In this document: in pieces, positions 17,185 through 26,448 of the stretch
How the letters are laid out: every line of letters begins with the position of its first letter
Position numbering within the stretch: the stretch's first letter is position 1
Source: an uncultured Erysipelotrichaceae bacterium
Lineage (GTDB): Bacteria; Bacillota_I; Bacilli_A; RF39; UBA660
Assembly (NCBI GenBank): GCA_951801995.1
Contig: CATOOY010000001.1
Location: forward strand, 1 to 35,625
DNA length: 35,625 bases
Direction of reading: 5' to 3'
Position numbers and translations under genes: made by a program
The notes under the pieces: generated by a model
The model's input: the letters and a program-made list of their open reading frames with translations, nothing else
Told to the model about the DNA's origin: nothing
The model's database searches: none

Positions 17185-18495
17185 ATGAAGCATAAATCTT
17201 TAAATCTAAATATGATAGAAGAACTTTCTACAATTAAAAAAGAACCAAAATGGATGAGAGATTTTAGAATAAAATCTTTTCAGACTTTTCAAAAACAGAA
17301 AAATCCTCCTTTTGGTCCTTCTTTTTCTTTTGATTTTCATTCTATTACATATTATAAAAAAATAGATGATAAGGTTCATAATAATTGGAAACAAGTTCCT
17401 AAAGAAGCAAGAGATACTTTTGATCATTTAGGACTTTTAGATGCTGAAAAAAAATATTTAGGTGGTATTGGTGCACAATATGAAAGTGAAGTTATTTATC
17501 ATAATATGATAAAAGAATTAGAAGATAAAAATATTATTTTCTGTGATACAGATACAGCTTTAAAAAAATATCCAGAACTTTTTAAAAAGTATTTTAATAA
17601 GCTTGTAAAATACGATGAAAATAAATATACAGCATTAAATGGTGCTGTTTGGAGTGGTGGAACTTTTATATATGTACCTCCTCATACTACTATTGATAGA
17701 CCATTACAAAGTTATTTTCGTATCAATAGCAAAAGTATGGGACAATTTGAAAGAACACTTATTATTGTAGATGAGGATAGCCATTTACATTATATGGAAG
17801 GTTGTACTGCACCTACTTATACAGATGATTCTTTACATGCAGCTGTTGTAGAAATTTTTGTAGGAAAACATGCTAGTTGTAGATATACAACTATCCAGAA
17901 CTGGTCTACAGATGTTTATAATTTAGTAACAAAGAGGGCCTTTGTTTCTTCTTATGGAAAAATGGAATGGATTGATGGAAATATCGGTTCAAAAGTAAAT
18001 ATGAAGTATCCTTGTTGTATTTTAGATGGGGAATATGCAGAGGGAAATTGTATTTCTGTTGCAATTTCTAAAGGAAATCAAAAGCAAGATACTGGTGCGA
18101 AAATGATCCATTTAGCACCTCATACTAAAAGTAATATTATTAGTAAATCTATTGCTTTAGATGGGGGAGAGACGAATTATCGTGGAAAAGTTTATATAAA
18201 TAGGCATGCAGCTGGTTCTCAAAGTAGTATCAAATGTGATACAATTATTTTAGATGAGAAATCAAAGAGTGATACTATTCCTACTAATATTGTAGAAAAT
18301 GAAAGTTCTTTTCTCAATCATGAAGCGACTGTATCTAGAATAAGTGAAGAAAAACTTTTTTATTTACAAAGTAGAGGTGTTCCAAAAGAGAAGGCAAAGG
18401 AGCTTTTGATGATGGGATTTATTGATAAACTCCGTGAGGAACTTCCTATGGAATATGCAGTAGAATTAAATCATTTGCTTAAAAATTATTTTTAA
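17185..18495 (+). CDS. sufB: Fe-S cluster assembly protein SufB
   Basis: GAQYESEVIYH, ALNGAVWSGGTFIYVP, GQFERTLIIVDE, YMEGCTAP, TTIQNWS. Confidence 0.9.
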   Translation: MKHKSLNLNMIEELSTIKKEPKWMRDFRIKSFQTFQKQKNPPFGPSFSFDFHSITYYKKIDDKVHNNWKQVPKEARDTFDHLGLLDAEKKYLGGIGAQYESEVIYHNMIKELEDKNIIFCDTDTALKKYPELFKKYFNKLVKYDENKYTALNGAVWSGGTFIYVPPHTTIDRPLQSYFRINSKSMGQFERTLIIVDEDSHLHYMEGCTAPTYTDDSLHAAVVEIFVGKHASCRYTTIQNWSTDVYNLVTKRAFVSSYGKMEWIDGNIGSKVNMKYPCCILDGEYAEGNCISVAISKGNQKQDTGAKMIHLAPHTKSNIISKSIALDGGETNYRGKVYINRHAAGSQSSIKCDTIILDEKSKSDTIPTNIVENESSFLNHEATVSRISEEKLFYLQSRGVPKEKAKELLMMGFIDKLREELPMEYAVELNHLLKNYF

Positions 18496-18507
18496 AGGGG
18501 TGAAGAT

Positions 18508-18819
18508 GTGAAAAAAATATTATGTTTATGTTTTATAATGTTTATTATAACTGGTTGTGGAAAGAATAAAAATCAAGAATGGCAAAATGAAATGAAAAAG
18601 CATGCTACAGTTTATTATGAAGAATATATGAAAAATGTAAGTGGGCAATTACAAAATGATATTTCTATTGAGGCTTTCAAAAATGTGAATAAAAATGTGG
18701 GCCAAAAATTTGATTTAAAAAAATTATCGTCTTGTAAAGATTCGTCTTATGTTACAATAACTGTAGATAGCAAAACAAGAAAAATTACTAACTATACATA
18801 TCATCTTGATTGTAAATAG
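18508..18819 (+). CDS. lipoprotein, unknown function
   Basis: Signal peptide MKKILCLCFIMFIITG|C with a lipobox. GTG start with RBS GGGGTGA. Confidence 0.7.
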   Translation: MKKILCLCFIMFIITGCGKNKNQEWQNEMKKHATVYYEEYMKNVSGQLQNDISIEAFKNVNKNVGQKFDLKKLSSCKDSSYVTITVDSKTRKITNYTYHLDCK

Positions 18820-18975
18820 TGCAAATATATATATTTACGTTGTATCATGTACTATTTTTTAATATTTGTAAAAGAAATAAAAAAATAATATAAAACAAAA
18901 GGACAAAGTGATAATTTTCTTTATTTGTCTTTTTTTTGTTCTGTTGTTATAGTGAGCTTGGAAGGAGGAATGACT

Positions 18976-19299
18976 GTGTTAAATCAAACAGTTATTGTAG
19001 GGAGACTTGTGAAGGATCCTGAATTAAATGAAACAGGAACAGGAAAAAAGGTGACCAATATAACACTTGCTGTTCCAAGAAGCTATAAAAACATGAATGG
19101 GGAATATGATACAGATTATATTTCTTGTGTTTTGTGGGAAGGAATTGCAGAAAATACAAGTGAATATTGTCGAAAAGGAGATTTAGTAGGTGTGAAAGGT
19201 CGTATTCAATCTCGTAAAATTGAGGTAGATGATGAATATCCTAGAAAAGTATTAGAGGTTGTAGCAGAGAAAGTCACATTTCTTTCTAGTAAAAAATAA
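18976..19299 (+). CDS. ssb: single-stranded DNA-binding protein, short form without an acidic C-terminal tip
   Basis: LNQTVIVGRLVKDPEL OB-fold start. The GTG at 18976 lies 7 nt after GGAGG. The protein ends ...KVTFLSSKK. Confidence 0.85.
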   Translation: MLNQTVIVGRLVKDPELNETGTGKKVTNITLAVPRSYKNMNGEYDTDYISCVLWEGIAENTSEYCRKGDLVGVKGRIQSRKIEVDDEYPRKVLEVVAEKVTFLSSKK

Positions 19300-19419
19300 T
19301 TTTGGGTTTTGTCTATAAAATGTCTAATGCATAAAATGACAGTCTTTGTAGAATGTTACAAAAAGTATTATCTATAATTGGATTTCATGATATAATAAAA
19401 ATAGAGAGAGGTTTTTTCT

Positions 19420-20694
19420 ATGGATATATTAGAAATTATAGATAAAAAAAGATTAGGAAAAGAGCTAACTAGAGATGAATTATTTTATAGTATTGACGGT
19501 TTTGTGCAAGGACAAATTCCTGATTATCAAATGAGTAGTTTTTTGATGGCTATTTGTATTAATGGAATGACAGAAGAGGAAATTTTTTCTCTTACTGATA
19601 TTATGCTACATAGTGGTGAAGTGGTTGATCTTTCTTTTATTCCTGGAACAAAAGTGGATAAACATTCTACAGGAGGAATTGGAGATAAAACGACACTTGT
19701 TTTGGCTCCTCTTGTTTCTTCTTTAGGTGTTTTTATTTCTAAAATGAGTGGAAAAGGATTAGGATATACGGGTGGTACGATTGATAAATTAGCCTCTATT
19801 GATGGCTTGCAAACATCTATTTCTAAGGAAGATTTAGAAAAACAAATTCAAAGTATAGGAGTTGTTATTGCTGCACAGACAGGGAATCTTGTTCCAGCAG
19901 ATAAAAAATTGTATGCTTTGCGTGATGTAAGTGGAACCACTTCTTCTATTCCTTTAATTGCTACTAGTATTATGAGTAAGAAACTTGCTTCTGGTGCTGA
20001 TAAGTTTGTTATAGATGTTAAAGTAGGAAATGGAGCTTTAATGAAAAATTTAGAAGATGCAAGAAAGCTTGCTACTCTTATGGTTAAAATAGGAAATAAG
20101 TATGGAAAGAAAACTATTTGTTTGTTAAGTGCTATGGATGAACCTCTTGGTTTGGCTGTTGGGAATGGTTTAGAAGTACAAGAAGCTATAGATACTTTAA
20201 GGGGAAAAGGACCTAAGGATTTGGAAAATCTTGTTTTACATTTAGGATCTTATATGGTTCATTTTGCTAGTGGAATGGAGATAGAAGATGCAAAAAAACA
20301 ATTGCTTCAAAAACTATACGATGGTAGTGCTTATAATAAATTTTTAGAATTGGTAAAATGGCAACATGGAGATGTCAATCATATAGCTATTTCATCACAG
20401 ACAAAGGAATTTATTAGTACAGAGATGGGATATATTAAAAAAGTTGATGCAGAGATAATAGGAAAATATGTGCACGATTTAGGTGCTGGTAGAAAAAGGG
20501 AAGGGGATACAATTGATTATGGTGTAGGGATTGTTTTGCATAAAAAGGTAGGAGATTTTGTAAAAAAAGGAGAGAGTCTTGCTACAATATATTATACTAC
20601 TAATATAGACTTTTCTATTTTAAAGGAAGCATTTGTAATAACAGAACAAGTAGTTTCTCCGCCACAATTACTTTATGAAATTATTACATTTTAA
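19420..20694 (+). CDS. pdp: pyrimidine-nucleoside phosphorylase
   Basis: IIDKKRLGKELT, DYQMSSFLMAI, VDKHSTGGIGDKTTL, LYALRDVSGT. Confidence 0.92.
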   Translation: MDILEIIDKKRLGKELTRDELFYSIDGFVQGQIPDYQMSSFLMAICINGMTEEEIFSLTDIMLHSGEVVDLSFIPGTKVDKHSTGGIGDKTTLVLAPLVSSLGVFISKMSGKGLGYTGGTIDKLASIDGLQTSISKEDLEKQIQSIGVVIAAQTGNLVPADKKLYALRDVSGTTSSIPLIATSIMSKKLASGADKFVIDVKVGNGALMKNLEDARKLATLMVKIGNKYGKKTICLLSAMDEPLGLAVGNGLEVQEAIDTLRGKGPKDLENLVLHLGSYMVHFASGMEIEDAKKQLLQKLYDGSAYNKFLELVKWQHGDVNHIAISSQTKEFISTEMGYIKKVDAEIIGKYVHDLGAGRKREGDTIDYGVGIVLHKKVGDFVKKGESLATIYYTTNIDFSILKEAFVITEQVVSPPQLLYEIITF

Positions 20695-20793
20695 TTTGTT
20701 TACATTTTTATAATTGTCAATTAATGTCAAAAAAATCATAGTTTCTTGCATTTTTTGTTAAGATATTATATCCTAATAATAGGAGATGATAAT

Positions 20794-20988
20794 ATGATTT
20801 ATCCTTCAATTGATAGTTTACTAAATAAGATTGGTTCTAAATATTTGCTTGTAAATGTTATAGCGAAACGAGCACATGAAATGAAAAATACAAACCATTA
20901 TCAAATGAAAGAGGAAGAGTATAAGTCACAAAAAGAAATAGGGAAAGCTTTAGAAGAAGTGAGTAACGATTTAATACATTTGTCATAA
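20794..20988 (+). CDS. rpoZ: DNA-directed RNA polymerase subunit omega
   Basis: MIYPSIDSLLNKIGSKYLLVNVIAKRAHEM. RBS AGGAGA 7 nt upstream of the ATG at 20794. Confidence 0.85.
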   Translation: MIYPSIDSLLNKIGSKYLLVNVIAKRAHEMKNTNHYQMKEEEYKSQKEIGKALEEVSNDLIHLS

Positions 20989-21045
20989 TGTATTTTTTTT
21001 GTCAAACAAATGTTTTGTTATGCTATAATGATATTAGGTGATACT

Positions 21046-23223
21046 ATGTATGCAGAAGTAATTACAGAGTTAAAAGCAAAAAATCTTGACAAAACATTTA
21101 CTTATAAAATACCTTCTTTTTTAGAAGAAAAGGTGAAAATAGGGTGTCGGGTAAAGGTTCCTTTTGGAAATCAAAAGTTGGAAGGGTTTGTTCTTCGTAT
21201 AGTAGAACAAGTTTCTATAGATTATAAAGTAAAGGATATTTTGGAATTAATAGATGAGGATCCTGTTTTAAATGCGGAATTGCTTTCAATAGGTGCTTAT
21301 ATTAGTAAAAAAACTCTTTCTACACAGATACAAGCGTATCAGACAATGCTTCCTAGTGCTTTAAAGGCTAAAAATAATTGTAATGTTTCTAAAAAATATG
21401 CTACTTATATAGTTCTTGTTCAGCCTTATAAGGAGGCAATAAAAAATGTTTCTTCTAAACCAGGAAAAATGATTTTGGATTGTTTTTTATTAAATGAGAT
21501 GATTTTAAAAAAGGAACTTTCTGCTATATCTTCTTCGGCTCTTACTACTTTACTTAGAAAAAATATTGTTTCTGAGGTAAAGAAAGAAATATATAGATTT
21601 CAAGTGAAACAAGACGAAAAAAGACAAGTAGTTACGCTTACAGAAGAACAGCAAAAAGTATGTGATAATGTTATTCAAAGAGATGGGTTTACTCCTTTTT
21701 TATTACATGGTGTTACTGGAAGTGGAAAAACGGAAGTTTATATGTCATTAATAGATTCTGTTTTGAAAGAGGGGAAAGAGGCACTTATTTTGGTTCCTGA
21801 AATTAGTTTAACACCACAGTTTATTCAAAAATTTACGAATCGTTTTGGAAGTAAAATTGCTGTTTTACATAGTAAATTATCCAACGGGGAAAAGTATGAT
21901 GAATGGAGAAAGATTGAAAAAAAGGAAGTATCTATTGTTATTGGTGCAAGGAGTGCTATTTTTGCTCCTCTTACTAATATAGGTATTATTATTTTAGATG
22001 AGGAACATTCTCTTTCTTATAAGCAGGAGAATATTCCACGTTATCATGCAAGTGATATTGCCTTATTTAGAGGAAGATATCATCAAGCAAAAGTGATTTT
22101 TGGAAGTGCTACACCTTCTATTCAAAGTTATACAAGAGCTTTGACAGGTATTTATACACTTTTAGAGATGAAAAATCGTCTTCATACCGTTCTCCCTAAG
22201 GTATATCTTATACAAATGCGTGATGAAATTAAAAATGGATACTCTATTTTTTCTCATTTGCTTTTGGATAAGATACAAGAGAGATTAGACAAAAAAGAAC
22301 AAGTGATGATTTTACTAAATAAAAGGGGGTATGCAAGAATAACCACATGTCATTCTTGTGGATATACAGATGCTTGTCCACATTGTGATATTCCTCTTAC
22401 GTATCATAAGGCTTCTCACACTATGCGTTGTCATTATTGTGGCTATGGTAAAGCTGTTATGCGAGTTTGCTCTGTTTGTGGGGATACTGAGATAGATTCT
22501 TATGGAATGGGCACTCAAAAAGTAGAAGAGGAATTACAGGCTATATATCAAAATGCTCGTATTTTAAGGATGGATGCAGATACAACTATTACTAAAAATG
22601 CTTATAGTAAAATTGTGAATGATTTTAAAAGTAAAAAATATGATATTTTGGTAGGAACACAGATGATTGCAAAAGGTCATGATTTTGATTCTGTTACATT
22701 AGTAGGGGTATTAAATGCAGATGCTACTTTGTATATTCCTGATTTTCGAAGTGGGGAGAGAACTTTTGAACTTTTAAATCAAGTTGCTGGAAGGGCAGGG
22801 AGAAGAGAAAAAGTAGGAGAGGTTATTTTCCAGGGATTTAATATGGATCATTATAGTATTACGTGTGCTTCTAAGCATGATTATGCATCTTTTTATAAGG
22901 AGGAGATGCGTCTTCGAAAGATACTTAAATATCCACCTTACTATGATCTTGCACTTATTTCTATCCGTTCTAAATATGAAGATATGGCATTTAATGAAAG
23001 CCAAAAAATACGTTCTTTTTTAGATAAGGAGGATCATAAAAGTATTATTTTAGGTCCTGCTGCTTCCCTTTTTCCTAAAAAAAATGATTTTTATTATTTT
23101 CAAATTATTTTAAAGTACAAAAAGAAAGAAGATATTATTCAAAATCTTATGTATATAGAACAAAAATATAAATTAGAGAAAAAGATACATGTTGAAATTG
23201 ATTTAAATCCGAATGCTATATAG
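21046..23223 (+). CDS. priA: primosomal protein N' (replication restart helicase PriA)
   Basis: Walker A GVTGSGKTEVY, DEEH box, Cys4 zinc fingers CHSCGY..CPHCD..CHYCG..CSVCG. The ATG at 21046 follows AGGTGA. Confidence 0.92.
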   Translation: MYAEVITELKAKNLDKTFTYKIPSFLEEKVKIGCRVKVPFGNQKLEGFVLRIVEQVSIDYKVKDILELIDEDPVLNAELLSIGAYISKKTLSTQIQAYQTMLPSALKAKNNCNVSKKYATYIVLVQPYKEAIKNVSSKPGKMILDCFLLNEMILKKELSAISSSALTTLLRKNIVSEVKKEIYRFQVKQDEKRQVVTLTEEQQKVCDNVIQRDGFTPFLLHGVTGSGKTEVYMSLIDSVLKEGKEALILVPEISLTPQFIQKFTNRFGSKIAVLHSKLSNGEKYDEWRKIEKKEVSIVIGARSAIFAPLTNIGIIILDEEHSLSYKQENIPRYHASDIALFRGRYHQAKVIFGSATPSIQSYTRALTGIYTLLEMKNRLHTVLPKVYLIQMRDEIKNGYSIFSHLLLDKIQERLDKKEQVMILLNKRGYARITTCHSCGYTDACPHCDIPLTYHKASHTMRCHYCGYGKAVMRVCSVCGDTEIDSYGMGTQKVEEELQAIYQNARILRMDADTTITKNAYSKIVNDFKSKKYDILVGTQMIAKGHDFDSVTLVGVLNADATLYIPDFRSGERTFELLNQVAGRAGRREKVGEVIFQGFNMDHYSITCASKHDYASFYKEEMRLRKILKYPPYYDLALISIRSKYEDMAFNESQKIRSFLDKEDHKSIILGPAASLFPKKNDFYYFQIILKYKKKEDIIQNLMYIEQKYKLEKKIHVEIDLNPNAI

Positions 23224-23265
23224 GAGAATTGTTTTTTTTATGATACAATATTATTAGGTGATAAG

Positions 23266-24231
23266 ATGAATATTGAAGACATTGAAGTGAAAAAAACTTT
23301 AAGAGTTGTATTTATGGGTACTCCTACATTTGCTGTTCCTATTTTAGAAGGACTTATAGAAAATTATTTAGTAGTTGGTGTTGTTTCTCAACCAGATCGT
23401 AAGGTAGGAAGAGAGGGGAAGGTTTTAGAAACGCCTATTAAAAAAGTTGCTTTAAAACATAATATCGTTGTTATTCAGCCTGAGAAAATTGTAGATGCCG
23501 AAGAAGAAATTTATGCATGGAAACCAGATATTATTGTAACTTGTGCTTATGGTCAAATTCTTCCTGTTACACTTTTACAACTTCCTACTATTGCTTGTAT
23601 TAATGTGCATGCTTCTCTTTTACCTAAATTAAGAGGTGGTGCGCCTATTCATAGAGCTATTATGAATGGATATAAAAATACGGGAATTACTATTATGTAT
23701 ATGACAAAGGCAATGGATGCTGGTGATATTATTTCTACAAGAGAAATTCCAATTTTAGAGGAAGATACTGCTTCTACTTTGCATGACAAGTTAAGCATAA
23801 TTGGAAGAGATTTATTGTTAGAAACATTTCCTTCTATTATAGAGGGCACGAATGATAGAATTTCACAAGATAGTAGTAAGGTTACTTATGCATTTAATAT
23901 AAAAAGAGAAGATGAAAAAATAGACTTTTCAAAGACAAAGCGTGAAATTTATAATCAGGTTCGTGGATTAAATAGTTTTCCTGGGGCTTTTTGTGTATTG
24001 GATGGTAAGATTTTGAAGGTGTGGGAAGTAGCAATGTCTGATGGATATTATCCTGATTTGTTGGATGGTCAAATTACAAATCTATATAAAGAAGGTATTG
24101 GAGTAAAGGTTTCGAATGGAGAGATTATTTTGACTGTGGTACAAGCTTCTGGAAAACAAAAAATGAAAGGTGCCGATTTTATTAATGGTATTCAAGAAAA
24201 GGAAAAATTAGTAGGAAAAGTGATAGATTAG
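23266..24231 (+). CDS. fmt: methionyl-tRNA formyltransferase
   Basis: VVFMGTPTFAVP, INVHASLLPKLRGGAPI, MDAGDII. Confidence 0.93.
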   Translation: MNIEDIEVKKTLRVVFMGTPTFAVPILEGLIENYLVVGVVSQPDRKVGREGKVLETPIKKVALKHNIVVIQPEKIVDAEEEIYAWKPDIIVTCAYGQILPVTLLQLPTIACINVHASLLPKLRGGAPIHRAIMNGYKNTGITIMYMTKAMDAGDIISTREIPILEEDTASTLHDKLSIIGRDLLLETFPSIIEGTNDRISQDSSKVTYAFNIKREDEKIDFSKTKREIYNQVRGLNSFPGAFCVLDGKILKVWEVAMSDGYYPDLLDGQITNLYKEGIGVKVSNGEIILTVVQASGKQKMKGADFINGIQEKEKLVGKVID

Positions 24232-24232
24232 T

Positions 24233-24952
24233 ATGGAAGAAAAAAAGAAAGTAGAAAACAAATTTAAGCAGGTTTGGGCAAATAGAAGAAATAGAGCAAT
24301 GATTCAGCTTGCTGGTTATATTTTATTTTTTATTTTGATTGGAGCTATTATTGATTTTGAACGTGCGAATATTTCTTATTTAGAAGGAACAAATTCAAGT
24401 CAAAAAACGATTTCTTTTTCTTTTTATGACAATTATGAATTTTATTACAATATTACTTATTTGGGAATTGTAGATGAACCTGTTAAATATATGAATATAG
24501 ATGGATATCGTTATAAACAAAAACAGGTTTTTCAGGTAAGAGATACTTTAGAAAAATATTATTTTGAAGATCATAAATTATATCAGATAAAAAATACATT
24601 AGTGGAAATTCCTACTCCATTTTCTTTATCATTAGAACGTTTGTCTCCTTCTATGTTATATACTTATATAAAAAAGGCAAAGCAAAATAGTAAAACTGAA
24701 TATGCAGATAAATTGATAAAAAAAGAATATATTCTTTCTGTTCATGATTTTGCAAGACTTTATCAGAATGAGGAAATAGATATAAAAGGAAATATTTATA
24801 TTATAACTTATGAGAAAGATAAGATGATAAATAAGGTAGAATTAGATTTAACTGCTTATAATAAAATGAAGTATGAGTTAAATTATAAAAATATAGGAAA
24901 AGTAAAATCTTTTTATAAGGAAGATTTTCTTCCTATTTCTAATGACAATTAG
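24233..24952 (+). CDS. membrane-anchored hypothetical protein
   Basis: One N-terminal TM helix (AMIQLAGYILFFILIGAIIDF). Tightly packed between fmt and murE. Confidence 0.65.
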   Translation: MEEKKKVENKFKQVWANRRNRAMIQLAGYILFFILIGAIIDFERANISYLEGTNSSQKTISFSFYDNYEFYYNITYLGIVDEPVKYMNIDGYRYKQKQVFQVRDTLEKYYFEDHKLYQIKNTLVEIPTPFSLSLERLSPSMLYTYIKKAKQNSKTEYADKLIKKEYILSVHDFARLYQNEEIDIKGNIYIITYEKDKMINKVELDLTAYNKMKYELNYKNIGKVKSFYKEDFLPISNDN

Positions 24953-24966
24953 AAGAGGTGTTATAG

Positions 24967-26340
24967 ATGGTAAATATTACTGCAGATTCAAGAAAAGTAA
25001 AAAAAGGGGATATTTTTGTTGCGATAGGGGGATTTCTTCATGATGGTCATGAATTTATTCCTAAAGCTATAGAAAATGGAGCTTCAAAAATTATTGCTGA
25101 AAAAGGAACTTATTCTATTCCTTATGAAATTGTGGAAAATAGTAGGGAATATTTAGTTAATTATTTGAAAAAAGAATACAATTCCCAATTGGAGGGTATG
25201 AAAATAGTTGGTGTGACGGGTACAAATGGAAAAACAACCACTGCTTTTTTACTTTACGAAGCTCTACGTTCTCTTGGTGAAAAGGTTGCCTATATTGGAA
25301 CCGTTGGTTTTTATTTAGATGAAAAGGTGATGTATTTACCAAATACTTGTCCAGATATATGGGATTTATATGATTTATTTATGCAAGCTAAAGAACATGG
25401 ATGTTCTTATGTTATTCAGGAAGTTAGTAGTCATGCTCTTGCATATCCTAGAATAGAAGGTTATGAATTTGATTATGTACTTTTTACTAATTTGACACAA
25501 GATCATTTAGATTATCATAAAACAATGGAGAATTATGCACTTGCAAAACAAATTTTATTTAAAAAATTAAAAAAAGGTGGAAAAGCATTTGTAAATATAG
25601 ATGATCCATATAAAGATTATTTTTTACTCTCTCAAAACCAAAATATCACTTATGGATTTGAAAAAAGTGATTATCAGATAACTTCGTATCATATGAATCA
25701 TTTAGGCTCTCAATTTTCCTATCAATATAAAGATAATATTTTTAAACTTTGTATGAAGCTTATTGGCAAGTATAATGTTTATAATGTGATGGGGGTAGTT
25801 GCTATTTTAAGAGAAATGGGTATTTCTAATTATGATGTGGAAAGAGTTATACCTAATTTAGTAGCTCCTGTTGGTAGAATGGATATGGTAAAATATAAGA
25901 ATAATAATATTATTATAGATTATGCACATACACCAGATGCTTTTGAAAAAATTATAAATACAGTAAAGGAAGTATTAAAAGGAAATATGTATGTAGTGTT
26001 TGGATGTACTGGTGGAAGAGATAGATCCAAAAGACCTATTATGTTTGATATTGTTACTTCTCATGCTAAAAAAGTAATTCTTACCAATGATGATCCTCAT
26101 GATGAAGATCCTAATCAAATTATAGATGATATTTTAGATGGTGCTAAAGTTAGTAATTATGAGGTTTGTTTGGATAGAAAAAATGCAATCCAAAGGGGAA
26201 TTTCTTTCCTTCAAGAAAATGATGTTTTACTGATTCTTGGAAAAGGGCATGAGGAATTTATGTTAATAGGAAATGATAGAATTCCTTTTAATGATAAACA
26301 GGTAGTTTTAGATTATTTAAATACTATTTTATCAAGATAA
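24967..26340 (+). CDS. murE: MurE-family UDP-MurNAc-L-Ala-D-Glu:amino-acid ligase, paralogue 1 (DDPH variant)
   Basis: DSRKVKKGDIFVA, P-loop GVTGTNGKTTT, TNLTQDHLDYH. The specificity motif reads NDDPHDEDP (26089-26100). Confidence 0.85.
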   Translation: MVNITADSRKVKKGDIFVAIGGFLHDGHEFIPKAIENGASKIIAEKGTYSIPYEIVENSREYLVNYLKKEYNSQLEGMKIVGVTGTNGKTTTAFLLYEALRSLGEKVAYIGTVGFYLDEKVMYLPNTCPDIWDLYDLFMQAKEHGCSYVIQEVSSHALAYPRIEGYEFDYVLFTNLTQDHLDYHKTMENYALAKQILFKKLKKGGKAFVNIDDPYKDYFLLSQNQNITYGFEKSDYQITSYHMNHLGSQFSYQYKDNIFKLCMKLIGKYNVYNVMGVVAILREMGISNYDVERVIPNLVAPVGRMDMVKYKNNNIIIDYAHTPDAFEKIINTVKEVLKGNMYVVFGCTGGRDRSKRPIMFDIVTSHAKKVILTNDDPHDEDPNQIIDDILDGAKVSNYEVCLDRKNAIQRGISFLQENDVLLILGKGHEEFMLIGNDRIPFNDKQVVLDYLNTILSR

Positions 26341-26448
26341 AAATATAGTTAAATATGAATTTGATTTATTTATAGAAATATATAGTGATTTTGCTATATA
26401 TTTTTCTTTTACAAACTTTTTTATATATATCCCATAAACTATAGTGAG

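Noticed and set aside
18925-21045. 5' extensions of the ssb (18925), rpoZ (20746) and priA (21010) ORFs
   Set aside because: Internal starts at 18976, 20794 and 21046 have properly spaced SD sequences and give canonical N-termini. The extensions have no RBS and are hydrophobic junk.
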